From an uncultured bacterium (GTDB lineage: Bacteria; Patescibacteriota; Minisyncoccia; Phycocordibacterales; GWA1-40-21), in contig CAILDB010000017.1 of assembly GCA_903832855.1 (NCBI GenBank), positions 4,992 to 68,991 on the forward strand: DNA of 64,000 nt. The letters run 5' to 3'. The position numbers and the translations under genes are program-made. Below, piece by piece: positions 1-8,784 of the stretch. Positions within the stretch are counted from its first letter, which is position 1. The number at the start of each line of letters is the position of its first letter. The notes under the pieces were generated by a model, which was not told where the DNA came from, did not search any database, and was given only the letters and a program-made list of their open reading frames with translations.

Positions 1-317
1 CAGAAAGAACAAAAGAAATTGGTTTGCGAAAGGCTCTTGGTGCAACAGACAAAGATATTTTGACTCAATTCTTACTTGAAGCGACAATTCTTACGGCGAC
101 TGGTGGTGTCATTGGAATACTTTTGGGCTCATTACTATCTTTTTTGATATCATTAATTCTCAGAAATACTCTCGGACTGGACTGGCAATTTATTTTCCCT
201 TGGGGTGGGGCAGTACTTGGAATCGTTGTTTCCGGAATGATTGGATTAATTTTCGGAATTTATCCCGCTCGTCAGGCATCCAAAAAGAGTCCGATGGAGG
301 CGTTGCGTTATGAATAA
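1..317 (+). CDS. ABC transporter permease, FtsX-family (MacB/LolE-like), C-terminal fragment (5' end outside window)
   Basis: In-frame translation from nt 3 gives ...ERTKEIGLRKALGAT...; C-terminal TM helices with a PARQASKKSPMEAL tail typical of the FtsX domain. Confidence 0.6.
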   Translation, partial: ERTKEIGLRKALGATDKDILTQFLLEATILTATGGVIGILLGSLLSFLISLILRNTLGLDWQFIFPWGGAVLGIVVSGMIGLIFGIYPARQASKKSPMEALRYE

Positions 318-494
318 ATAAATTCCCCAAAAAACAAAAGAGTTTTTGTAAAAACCTCTCCACAAAAAACTTTTGAACTGCACGGATATTTTTTTGCTAA
401 AAAATTCCTCGTGCTCGCGCCAGTCGCGCTCCCAAGTCAGTTCAAAAGCATTTTGCTACGAGGTTATTTTTTTACAAAAACTCTTTTGTTTTTT

Positions 495-562
495 CTGTCA
501 TTCCCGTGAAGACAGGAATCCATCCCCTCTGTCTTTGCGAGGGTATTCCCGAAGCAATCCAG
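495..562. repeat. two hairpin repeat units
   Basis: ctgtcattcccgtgaagacaggaatccatc + ccctctgtctttgcgagggtattcccgaagcaatccag. Confidence 0.7.
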
Positions 563-625
563 AAATTTGATTACCTCACCTTTTTTTGCTAAACTATACT
601 TATTACTAAATTAAATAAAAAAACC

Positions 626-859
626 ATGGGCTTTTTCAAAAATCTTATATTAAAAACAACACTGAAGTCACAACTCAAAGGTCTTCCACCTGCACAACAA
701 GAAATGGTTCTAAAAGCTATCGAGGAAAATCCAGAATTTTTTGAAATGATTGCAAAAGAAATCGAGCAAAGACAAAAAGAAGGTAAAGACAAAATGTCCG
801 CAACTATGGAAGTAATGCGAAAACATCAAGGCGAACTTCAAAAGTTGATGATGAAATAA
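626..859 (+). CDS. hypothetical small protein
   Basis: 77-aa ORF, charged and helical, no recognisable family. Confidence 0.3.
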   Translation: MGFFKNLILKTTLKSQLKGLPPAQQEMVLKAIEENPEFFEMIAKEIEQRQKEGKDKMSATMEVMRKHQGELQKLMMK

Positions 860-871
860 TTCATTACAAAT

Positions 872-1183
872 ATGAATGAAAAGCTTTCAACAGAAACAAC
901 AAATGAAAGTGAGGATGAGCGCGAAGAGCGTCTAGTTCATACATTGCATTATCGAATGCGTTTTCAGCATTTGGTCTTTGAAATTCTCAATGTAAATAAA
1001 AATCTTGATGTAAATACGAGGATGGATGTAATAAAAAAATATAGCAAAATGATAAGTGATTATATTGATAATCCTATTAATAATCACATCCGAAAATTAA
1101 TATCAGATGAAAAATTTTCCGACGCTGCCGAAATTATGGTTGCTGAAATCCACCACCAGGAGTCCTGGCCAAAAGCCGCCTAA
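872..1183 (+). CDS. hypothetical protein
   Basis: 103-aa ORF directly after the previous ORF; no motif recognised. Confidence 0.3.
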   Translation: MNEKLSTETTNESEDEREERLVHTLHYRMRFQHLVFEILNVNKNLDVNTRMDVIKKYSKMISDYIDNPINNHIRKLISDEKFSDAAEIMVAEIHHQESWPKAA

Positions 1184-1216
1184 AATTTTACTTTTATCTA
1201 TTTTCGTATTAAAAAA

Positions 1217-1262
1217 GCGCGTGAGACCAGTGTTAGCTTTCGCTCTCACAGATACTCACGCG
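1217..1262. terminator. stem-loop between convergent genes (gcgcgtgag...ctcacgcgc)
   Basis: 9-bp GC-rich inverted repeat closing about 28 nt, lying between the 3' ends of the 872..1183 (+) and 1284..1892 (-) ORFs. Confidence 0.3.
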
Positions 1263-1283
1263 CCTCATACTCTCACTTTTTCT

Positions 1284-1892
1284 TCAGTGTGTCAGTCCAA
1301 CCATTGACGCCACAAAAGTCACGACCATTGCAATGATTGAGATGACCGCCCATGTTCCAAAAACGTCTTCATCGAGTTTCTCGTCCTTGATCATCGGAGG
1401 CATTCTCTCTTTGGTGACATTCCGATGCCACCAAGGTCCTTCTCGCTTGGTCATAATTACTCGACCCCAGCAAAGAATTTCGATTGTCCTTTTCAGTAAC
1501 CAACAAAAGACGAACAGAAGGATGAACCCGGCGGTTTTGTTGAATAGGCTAAGAGCGACTGTACCAATATCGCTGGCGAAAATTTTCCAACCGATGGAAA
1601 ACATCGCAAACTTGCCGACATCTGTCTTGGCAAATTCATTCACTCGGTCCGTTGTCACCTTGAGCCCACCGTCCATTGCCTGGACGAAGCCATTGAACGC
1701 TGTTCCCAGTTCCTTTCCGAAGCCAGCGAACTTGGAGATGAACTCTCCATCTTTCGCTTGCTGATCATTGAGCTTGGATTGCATCGCTGCAATCTGAGCT
1801 TTCAGTTCCGTGGGGCTTTGTGTCTGCTCCTGCGCAAACGCTGTCGCGCCGACGAAGATCGAAACCAATACTAACAGAATCATCTTTCTCAT
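1284..1892 (-). CDS. hypothetical secreted or membrane protein (N-terminal signal peptide)
   Basis: N-terminus MRKMILLVLVSIFVGATAFAQEQ is a classic signal peptide; C-terminal hydrophobic segment. Confidence 0.45.
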   Translation of the reverse strand: MRKMILLVLVSIFVGATAFAQEQTQSPTELKAQIAAMQSKLNDQQAKDGEFISKFAGFGKELGTAFNGFVQAMDGGLKVTTDRVNEFAKTDVGKFAMFSIGWKIFASDIGTVALSLFNKTAGFILLFVFCWLLKRTIEILCWGRVIMTKREGPWWHRNVTKERMPPMIKDEKLDEDVFGTWAVISIIAMVVTFVASMVGLTH

Positions 1893-2225
1893 TGCGTCGC
1901 TCCTTTTTTAGTTTAACCGTTTTTGGCCAACTTCAGTTTTGCTAGACTTCCGACCCACATATGGATCAGATCACAGCTTAGAAGAAACCTTGTAAAAAAT
2001 AGATTTACTCTAAGCTGTGAAGAAGCCTTGCAATAGTTCCATATAAAAGAACTCTATTTGGCTACTTTAAGTTTAGCACCTTTGATATTCTTTGTCAAGC
2101 ATTTTAGAAGCGAAACTGTAACTACCAAAAAACACTATAAAAAAGTGTTTTTTGAGGTTTCATAGTAAAAGTTATAAGTAATATTAGAATTATGAAAAAA
2201 AAGAAAAATCTGCTAGAATCACAGA

Positions 2226-3323
2226 ATGGAATTAAAAGTTGGAATTGTGGGGTTGCCAAACGTGGGGAAAAGCACGCTTTTTAATGCGCTTACAAAAAAA
2301 AGCGTGGCGTGTGAAAATTATCCTTTTTGTACTATTGATCCATCGGTAGGCGTAGTTGCTGTGCCTGATGAACGACTAGGGAAGCTTTCAACTTTTTCTA
2401 AATCAGCAAAAACAATTCCTGCAGCAGTGGAATTTGTGGACATTGCTGGACTTGTCAAAGGTGCTTCGGCAGGTGAGGGGCTTGGAAATAAATTTCTTAC
2501 AAATATTCGCGAGACAGACGCTATCGCTGAAATGGTGCGTATCTTTGAAGATGAAAATATTATTCATGTTGCAAATAAAATTGACCCGCTTTCTGATATT
2601 GAAGTCATAAATCTTGAGCTTATTCTCGCAGACATGCAGACAGTAACAAAAAGACTTGGAAGTATTTCAAGTGATATTAGAAGAGGTAGTAAGGACGCAG
2701 TGATAGAAAATGGTGCATTGGAAAAATTAAAAAAGATTCTTGAAGATGGAAAAATCGCAAAGGAAGCACATTTGGATGAAAAAGAAACTTTTCTCATAAA
2801 AAGCTTATGTCTTTTGACATTGAAACCTATTTTGTATGTTTTAAATAAAAAATCTGGCGGGAAAAATTTGGACGAAATGAATGATGAAAGATTTCAAAAA
2901 CTTTCTAAATTTTTCAAAGAAACAAATTCAAAATATGTGATAGTAGATGCAGGAATTGAAAATGAGCTCAAGGAACTTGATGGCGGAGACAAAAAAGAAA
3001 TGCGAGAAGGACTTGGTGTGAAAGATGACGGAATTGATAATCTCATCAAAGCTGGTTACGATTTACTTGGACTCATTACTTATTTTACAACTGGAGAAGA
3101 TGAAACCCGTGCTTGGACCATAAAAAGAGGCTGGACTGCTCCAGAGGCCGGTACCGCTATTCACAATGATTTTAAAGACAAATTCATCCGTGCTGAGGTA
3201 GTGTTTTGGAGTGATTTACTAGGTGCTGGCTCACACGGAAATGCTCGCGATAAAGGCCTTATTCGCACGGAAGGGAAGGAATATGTAGTGAAAGATGGAG
3301 ATGTAGTGGAGTTTAAAATATGA
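2226..3323 (+). CDS. ychF: ribosome-binding ATPase YchF (Obg-family GTPase)
   Basis: MELKVGIVGLPNVGKSTLFNALT P-loop, followed by a TGS-like C-terminus; 365 aa. Confidence 0.9.
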   Translation: MELKVGIVGLPNVGKSTLFNALTKKSVACENYPFCTIDPSVGVVAVPDERLGKLSTFSKSAKTIPAAVEFVDIAGLVKGASAGEGLGNKFLTNIRETDAIAEMVRIFEDENIIHVANKIDPLSDIEVINLELILADMQTVTKRLGSISSDIRRGSKDAVIENGALEKLKKILEDGKIAKEAHLDEKETFLIKSLCLLTLKPILYVLNKKSGGKNLDEMNDERFQKLSKFFKETNSKYVIVDAGIENELKELDGGDKKEMREGLGVKDDGIDNLIKAGYDLLGLITYFTTGEDETRAWTIKRGWTAPEAGTAIHNDFKDKFIRAEVVFWSDLLGAGSHGNARDKGLIRTEGKEYVVKDGDVVEFKI

Positions 3324-3367
3324 TATAATCAAGTTGTTGTCATTTATTAATAATTTAATCAAGAAAT

Positions 3368-3931
3368 ATGGAAAATACAATAAACGAACCGAAAAAATAT
3401 TCATCAGTAATAAAATGGTCATTAGTTGTCGGAATTGTTATCGTACTAAATTTATTTTTCAACTATTTAATTTCACTTGTTTATAAAGCTCCTGAATACA
3501 ATAATTTTTGCAAACAAGAACAGGTAATGCCAGTAGCAAATAATAGAGATGCTTGTCTTGCAAAAGGTGGACAATGGAGTGAATACAATCAATTTGATCA
3601 AAAGTCACCAACACCTACTCAAGTAATTGGAGTCACGGGATATTGTAACGCACAGTTCACATGCGGTAATAATTTTGATGTAGCGCGCAAAGCATATGAA
3701 AGGAATATTTTCGTGGCACTTGTGGTGATAGGTGTAATACTTTTGGCACTAAGTTTTGTCCTCGCATTCAATTGGATAATTTCAGTATCGTTTGCGATGG
3801 GTGGAATTTTATCTATCATTATTGCTTCAATCAGGTATTGGGAAAATGCAGATAATCTTATCCGAGTCCTTATCTTATTCTTTGCACTTGTTGCTCTTAT
3901 CTATTTTGCGATTAAGAAGTTTAAAAACTAA
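3368..3931 (+). CDS. hypothetical membrane protein
   Basis: 187 aa; N-terminal TM and two C-terminal TM helices with a Cys-containing extracytoplasmic segment. Confidence 0.5.
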   Translation: MENTINEPKKYSSVIKWSLVVGIVIVLNLFFNYLISLVYKAPEYNNFCKQEQVMPVANNRDACLAKGGQWSEYNQFDQKSPTPTQVIGVTGYCNAQFTCGNNFDVARKAYERNIFVALVVIGVILLALSFVLAFNWIISVSFAMGGILSIIIASIRYWENADNLIRVLILFFALVALIYFAIKKFKN

Positions 3932-3940
3932 ATAAAAATA

Positions 3941-3967
3941 AATCGCTACCTGGCATTGGTAGCGATT
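3941..3967. terminator. bidirectional rho-independent terminator hairpin (aatcgctacc/ggtagcgatt)
   Basis: 10-bp perfect stem followed by ttttg, between convergent genes. Confidence 0.5.
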
Positions 3968-3987
3968 TTGTGCGAACTGAGAGGCTT

Positions 3988-4221
3988 CTATGACATGATC
4001 TTGGTAACATCTTGTTCATCTCCAAATGATTCTTTGTCACCATCGTGGAGCCTGAGAGCGTTACTTATTACGAGTTTATCACCGCAAATGTTTATTCGTG
4101 TCTTCACATAGACAGCCTTAACGGTATCATAGTCACAAACCAAATCGTTTTTTGAGCTGTTCTCTCTGACACTCTGAGCTACGATGAACATGTCACCAAC
4201 TTTCAATTCGTTGAACTTCAT
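3988..4221 (-). CDS. hypothetical protein (77 aa)
   Basis: Start moved to MKFNELKVGDMF; GGGAGGA sits 3 nt upstream of this ATG on the minus strand; the longer 93-aa ORF lacks an RBS. Confidence 0.5.
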   Translation of the reverse strand: MKFNELKVGDMFIVAQSVRENSSKNDLVCDYDTVKAVYVKTRINICGDKLVISNALRLHDGDKESFGDEQDVTKIMS

Positions 4222-4290
4222 ATGTCCTCCCATGTGTTTGTAGTTTCGGCTCTGTTTGAAATAATACAAATTTAATGGTATAAAGTCAAT

Positions 4291-5373
4291 GTGTTAAATA
4301 AATTTGCTAATAAAAAAGTCTTTGTCGGAATGTCCGGCGGAGTAGATAGTTCGGTATCGGCGGCTCTTTTGAAAGAGGCGGGTTTTGATGTGACTGGGGT
4401 TTTTATTAAGGTCTGGCAACCGGATTTTGTGGAGTGCACTTGGCGAGAAGACAGGCTGGATGCGATGAGAGTTTGTGCAAAATTAAAAATTCCTTTTTTC
4501 ACTTTATATCTTGAAAAAGAATATAAGAGGGATGTCGCGGACTATATGATAAATGAGTACAAAGTAGGAAGAACTCCAAATCCAGATGTGATGTGCAATA
4601 AATATGTAAAGTTTGGCGCATTTTTTGACTTCGCAATAAAGCAGGGTGCGGATTTTGTAGCGACGGGGCATTATTCCAGAGTTCGCAAAACTGGCGAAAA
4701 ATCACCTGTTCTTTTGCTCACAGGAAACGATAGGAACAAAGACCAATCATATTTCCTTTGGACACTTACGCAAAGGGAACTTTCTAAAACTCTTTTTCCA
4801 ATTGGCAATATAGAAAAACCAGAGGTGAGAAGAATTGCAAAAAAGCTCGGACTTTCAACTGCAGAAAAAAAAGACAGTCAGGGCGTTTGTTTTCTTGGTA
4901 AGTTTGATATGAAAGATTTTCTTGCACATTACATCAAAGAAAAAGCTGGGAAAGTATTGAATGAAAAAGGTGAAGTCATTGGGACCCATAACGGTGCAAT
5001 TTTTCTTACGATAGGGCAGAGGCATGGTTTTGAGATTACAAAAAAGACGACAGATAGTAAACCACTTTTTGTTATCACTAAAGATTTAAAAAATAACACG
5101 ATTACTGTTTCGGAAAATTCTTTGCAAGACAAGGTGGAGTCCAAAGAAGTGGAAATCGGAAATGTAAACTGGACGGGAGGAGTGGAGCCAGACACGAAGA
5201 AAAAATATTCGGCTAGAATCAGATACCGACAACCACTTTTTTCCTGCAAAATAAAAAAGTTAGGCAAAGATTACTCAATTTTCTTTGACGGACCACAAAA
5301 AGCCATCTCATCTGGCCAATCTCTCGTCATCTACGACGGTGAAGTTTGTCTTGGTGGCGGAATTATAAAATAA
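4291..5373 (+). CDS. mnmA: tRNA-specific 2-thiouridylase MnmA
   Basis: VFVGMSGGVDSSVSAALL PP-loop, catalytic Cys motifs, 360 aa. Confidence 0.9.
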   Translation: MLNKFANKKVFVGMSGGVDSSVSAALLKEAGFDVTGVFIKVWQPDFVECTWREDRLDAMRVCAKLKIPFFTLYLEKEYKRDVADYMINEYKVGRTPNPDVMCNKYVKFGAFFDFAIKQGADFVATGHYSRVRKTGEKSPVLLLTGNDRNKDQSYFLWTLTQRELSKTLFPIGNIEKPEVRRIAKKLGLSTAEKKDSQGVCFLGKFDMKDFLAHYIKEKAGKVLNEKGEVIGTHNGAIFLTIGQRHGFEITKKTTDSKPLFVITKDLKNNTITVSENSLQDKVESKEVEIGNVNWTGGVEPDTKKKYSARIRYRQPLFSCKIKKLGKDYSIFFDGPQKAISSGQSLVIYDGEVCLGGGIIK

Positions 5374-5389
5374 TCTGTATAATGTATTT

Positions 5390-6265
5390 ATGCCCGATTT
5401 TTATGTAACAAAATATAATGGTGACAAGGAGCTTTTTGATCCGAGGAAACTTAAAACTAATCTTTTGAAAATTGGAACATCTCCAGATATAGCTGACCTC
5501 GTGATAGGAGAAGTCGCAAAAAGTGTGAAGGACGGCATAACCACGAGAGAAATTTACGGACTTGCATATTCACTTCTGAAAAAACACCAAAGACCTGTAG
5601 CTATCAGATATTCCCTGAAAAAAGCCATCGCTGATTTTGGTCCAACGGGATTTCCTTTTGAAAAATTCGTTGCAGAGATGTTTAAGGCACAAGGCTATAC
5701 TGTGGATACAGATAGAATTATAAAAGGAAAATGTGCCGAACATGAGGTGGATGTGATTGCATGGAACGACGAGAAATTAATTCTCGTAGAGGCAAAATTT
5801 CACACTGACTATGGTATGAAATCAGACCTGAAGGTTGCCCTTTATATAAAAGCACGATTTGATGATTTAGCAGATACAAAAATTATTATTGGCGGAAAGG
5901 AAAGAGTAATGACCGATGGCTGGCTGGTTACAAATACAAAATTTAGTCAGACAGCTATTCAATATGGAGAATGCCAGCGACTAAATATGGTTGGCTGGAA
6001 TTATCCTTATGGAAATAATTTACATAATATGATAGAAAAAGCAGAACTCATTCCTCTCACAGCACTTACTGTAATAAACTCTGCCGAAAAGAAAATGTTT
6101 TTGTCTAGAGGAATCGTATTATCAAAAAATCTTTTAGATGAAACATTATTAAGAAATCTCGGATTTGCTGATACTAAAATAAAAAATATCAAGAGAGAAG
6201 TTGATGACCTCTGCATGCATTGCCGTCGCTCAAGCGATTTACCAAGGTCCGACCTTGGTAAATAG
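5390..6265 (+). CDS. ATP-cone domain fused to an Mrr-like (PD-(D/E)xK) restriction-endonuclease domain
   Basis: N-terminus YVTKYNGDKELFDPRKLKTNLLKIG...GLAYSLLKK resembles an ATP-cone (NrdR-like); the middle FEKFVAEMFKAQGYTVDTD...HEVDVIAWNDEKLILVEAKFH resembles an Mrr_cat D..E.K core. Confidence 0.55.
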   Translation: MPDFYVTKYNGDKELFDPRKLKTNLLKIGTSPDIADLVIGEVAKSVKDGITTREIYGLAYSLLKKHQRPVAIRYSLKKAIADFGPTGFPFEKFVAEMFKAQGYTVDTDRIIKGKCAEHEVDVIAWNDEKLILVEAKFHTDYGMKSDLKVALYIKARFDDLADTKIIIGGKERVMTDGWLVTNTKFSQTAIQYGECQRLNMVGWNYPYGNNLHNMIEKAELIPLTALTVINSAEKKMFLSRGIVLSKNLLDETLLRNLGFADTKIKNIKREVDDLCMHCRRSSDLPRSDLGK

Positions 6266-6288
6266 GAGGGTGTGTTGTAATATATTTT

Positions 6289-6888
6289 ATGACTCAAAAC
6301 ATAAGAGGAAGTTTGATGCGAAAAATCAATGACGAAGTTTTGAATTTGAAAAATTCGCCTCTTTATAAATATCGTACAGAAAACAATTTTTTGCCTGTGA
6401 TAGGAGAGGGAAGTCAGACTGCAAAAATAATGTTTGTCGGCGAAGCACCCGGAAGAAACGAGGCAAAAACAGGCAGACCTTTTTGTGGAATGGCTGGGAA
6501 AATTCTTGATGAACTTTTGACCTCAATAAAACTTCCACGAGAAAATGTTTACATTACAAATATCGTAAAGGACCGTCCTCAAAATAATCGTGACCCTAAC
6601 CCAGAAGAGATAGAAATTTACGGTCCTTTTTTGGACAGACAAATAGAAATAATTAAACCTAAAATTATTGCGACTCTCGGCAGATATTCAATGGACTATA
6701 TTATGAAAAAATTTGATCTAAACTCGGAATTACAACCTATCGGTAGTGCCCACGGCAAAATGTTTGATGCAAAAGCTTCTTATGGCCCTATAAAAATAGC
6801 TGTTTTGTATCATCCATGCGTCGCCATCTATAACCGCTCAAAACTGCCCATTCTCAAAAAGGATTTAGAGATTTTGAAATATCATTAA
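6289..6888 (+). CDS. uracil-DNA glycosylase, family 4-like
   Basis: IMFVGEAPGRNEAKTGRPFCGMAGKILDELL is the GEAPG motif of family-4 UDG; HPCVAIYN near the C-terminus. Confidence 0.75.
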   Translation: MTQNIRGSLMRKINDEVLNLKNSPLYKYRTENNFLPVIGEGSQTAKIMFVGEAPGRNEAKTGRPFCGMAGKILDELLTSIKLPRENVYITNIVKDRPQNNRDPNPEEIEIYGPFLDRQIEIIKPKIIATLGRYSMDYIMKKFDLNSELQPIGSAHGKMFDAKASYGPIKIAVLYHPCVAIYNRSKLPILKKDLEILKYH

Positions 6889-6907
6889 AAAGTGTTATAT
6901 TTCTCTT

Positions 6908-8698
6908 ATGAAATCATCCGAGATTCGCGAGCGATATTTAAAATTTTTTGAGAAAAGGGGGCACAAAATTATTCCTTCGGCTTCTCTTGTGCCTGCTGAT
7001 TATATTATTCCAGACAAGGGCTCACTTTTTACAACCGCCGGAATGCAACCTCTTATTCCATATCTCCTCGGTACCAAACATCCCGCAGGAGCTAGAATAG
7101 TAGATGTGCAGAAATGTGTGCGAACCGGTGATATTGAAGATGTAGGTGACAATCGCCATCTGACTTTTTTTGAAATGATGGGTAACTGGTCTCTAGGAGA
7201 TTATTTTAAAAAGGAATCAATTGCGTGGAGTTTAGAATTTTTGACGAGCAAAGAAGAAGGCCTCGGACTTGATCCAAAGCGACTTTACATTACCGTTTTC
7301 AAAGGTGAAGATGGAATTCCACGAGATGAAGAATCCGTTGAAATTTGGAAAGAAAATTTTCTTAAACATGATATTACGACAGGAGTTACTGGAACAGATG
7401 AAATAATAAATGGCGATATTAGAATTGTTCCACTTGGCACGAAAGATAATTTTTGGATTGCAGGACAAGTAGGTCCTTGCGGAAGTGACACCGAAATGTT
7501 TTATGATGTCCGTCCGGAAAATGGCCCGATACTTGGAAAGTTTTCTGATTTGGTAGATGCCGGAAGAATTATTGAAATCTGGAACAATGTTTTTATGCAG
7601 TTCAATAAAACTGCGGATGGAAAGTATGAACCGCTTGCAAAACCAAATGTAGATACCGGAATGGGACTTGAAAGAACATCTGTCGTAATGCAAGGCAAAA
7701 ATAATGTTTTTGAAACGGATATTTTTGAGCCGATTATTTCATACATAAAATCAAATTCAAAAAAACCGGATGAAAAAGCGGTGAGGATTGTGGCGGACCA
7801 CATCCGCTCTGCTGTTTTTATAATTTCCGATGGAGTTGTTCCATCAAATACTGAAGGCGGGTATGTCTTGAGACGAATTTTACGAAGGACAATAAGATTT
7901 ATTGATATTTTGGAATTTCCAAAAGAGTCCATTTTTGAATTGGCAAAACTTGTGATAAATAATTTTTCTTATGCATATCCTGAATTAAAACAAAAAGAAA
8001 ATGAGATTTTAGAAGTTATAAAAAATGAGGATGAAAGATTTAGGCAAACTTTAGAAAAGGGTCTGAAGGAATTTGAGAAAGGAACGAGTGCATTTGACCT
8101 GTTCCAGTCATATGGTTTTCCGATAGAAATGACTATTGAGCTTGCAAAGGAAAAGGGTGTTGTTGTGAATATTGATGAGTTTAACGAAGCAATGAAAAAA
8201 CATCAGGAGATTTCCAAGGCCGGTTCAGAACAAAAATTTAAGGGCGGACTTGCCGGAACTGGAGAAATGGAAACTAAATATCACACTGCTACTCACTTAC
8301 TTTTGGCGTCACTTCGCAAAGTTCTTGGCGGAGAAATTGTGCAGAAGGGAAGCAACATTACTATCGAAAGAATGCGATTTGATTTTAATTGGCCAGAAAA
8401 AGTGACAGTAGAACAACTCAAAAAAATAGAAGATTTAGTAAATGAAAAAATCGCCGAGAAAATTCCCGTTGAACTTCTAGAAATTCCAAAAGAAGAAGCA
8501 AAAAAACTCATCACAACACTTTCTTTTGACCTATCTAAATACGGCGACATAGTAAAAGTTTACAAAATCGGCGACTTCAGTGTTGAATTCTGCGGCGGGC
8601 CACACGTTTCAAACACCTCCGAACTCGGTCATTTCAAAATCACAAAAGAAGAAGCATCTTCTGCTGGTGTTCGCAGAATTAAGGCGGTTTTGGAATAA
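6908..8698 (+). CDS. alaS: alanyl-tRNA synthetase, short form (596 aa)
   Basis: N-terminus SSEIRERYLKFFEKRGHKIIPSASLVP; class II motifs; editing-type HTATHLLLASL motif; lacks the long C-terminal extension. Confidence 0.85.
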   Translation: MKSSEIRERYLKFFEKRGHKIIPSASLVPADYIIPDKGSLFTTAGMQPLIPYLLGTKHPAGARIVDVQKCVRTGDIEDVGDNRHLTFFEMMGNWSLGDYFKKESIAWSLEFLTSKEEGLGLDPKRLYITVFKGEDGIPRDEESVEIWKENFLKHDITTGVTGTDEIINGDIRIVPLGTKDNFWIAGQVGPCGSDTEMFYDVRPENGPILGKFSDLVDAGRIIEIWNNVFMQFNKTADGKYEPLAKPNVDTGMGLERTSVVMQGKNNVFETDIFEPIISYIKSNSKKPDEKAVRIVADHIRSAVFIISDGVVPSNTEGGYVLRRILRRTIRFIDILEFPKESIFELAKLVINNFSYAYPELKQKENEILEVIKNEDERFRQTLEKGLKEFEKGTSAFDLFQSYGFPIEMTIELAKEKGVVVNIDEFNEAMKKHQEISKAGSEQKFKGGLAGTGEMETKYHTATHLLLASLRKVLGGEIVQKGSNITIERMRFDFNWPEKVTVEQLKKIEDLVNEKIAEKIPVELLEIPKEEAKKLITTLSFDLSKYGDIVKVYKIGDFSVEFCGGPHVSNTSELGHFKITKEEASSAGVRRIKAVLE

Positions 8699-8734
8699 AA
8701 TTCCACCAGAAACATTCCCGCAACAAAATGATTT

Positions 8735-8775
8735 AAAGTGTCCCTGACCGGACTTGGGACACTTTAGGTCGTTTT
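8735..8775 (+). terminator. rho-independent terminator after alaS (aaagtgtccc...gggacacttt)
   Basis: 9-bp stem, 11-nt loop, T-rich tail. Confidence 0.45.
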
Positions 8776-8784
8776 GTGTAGGGG

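Noticed and set aside
1333-1764. Plus-strand 143-aa ORF
   Set aside because: Antisense to the signal-peptide protein 1284..1892; Ser-rich, low-complexity translation.
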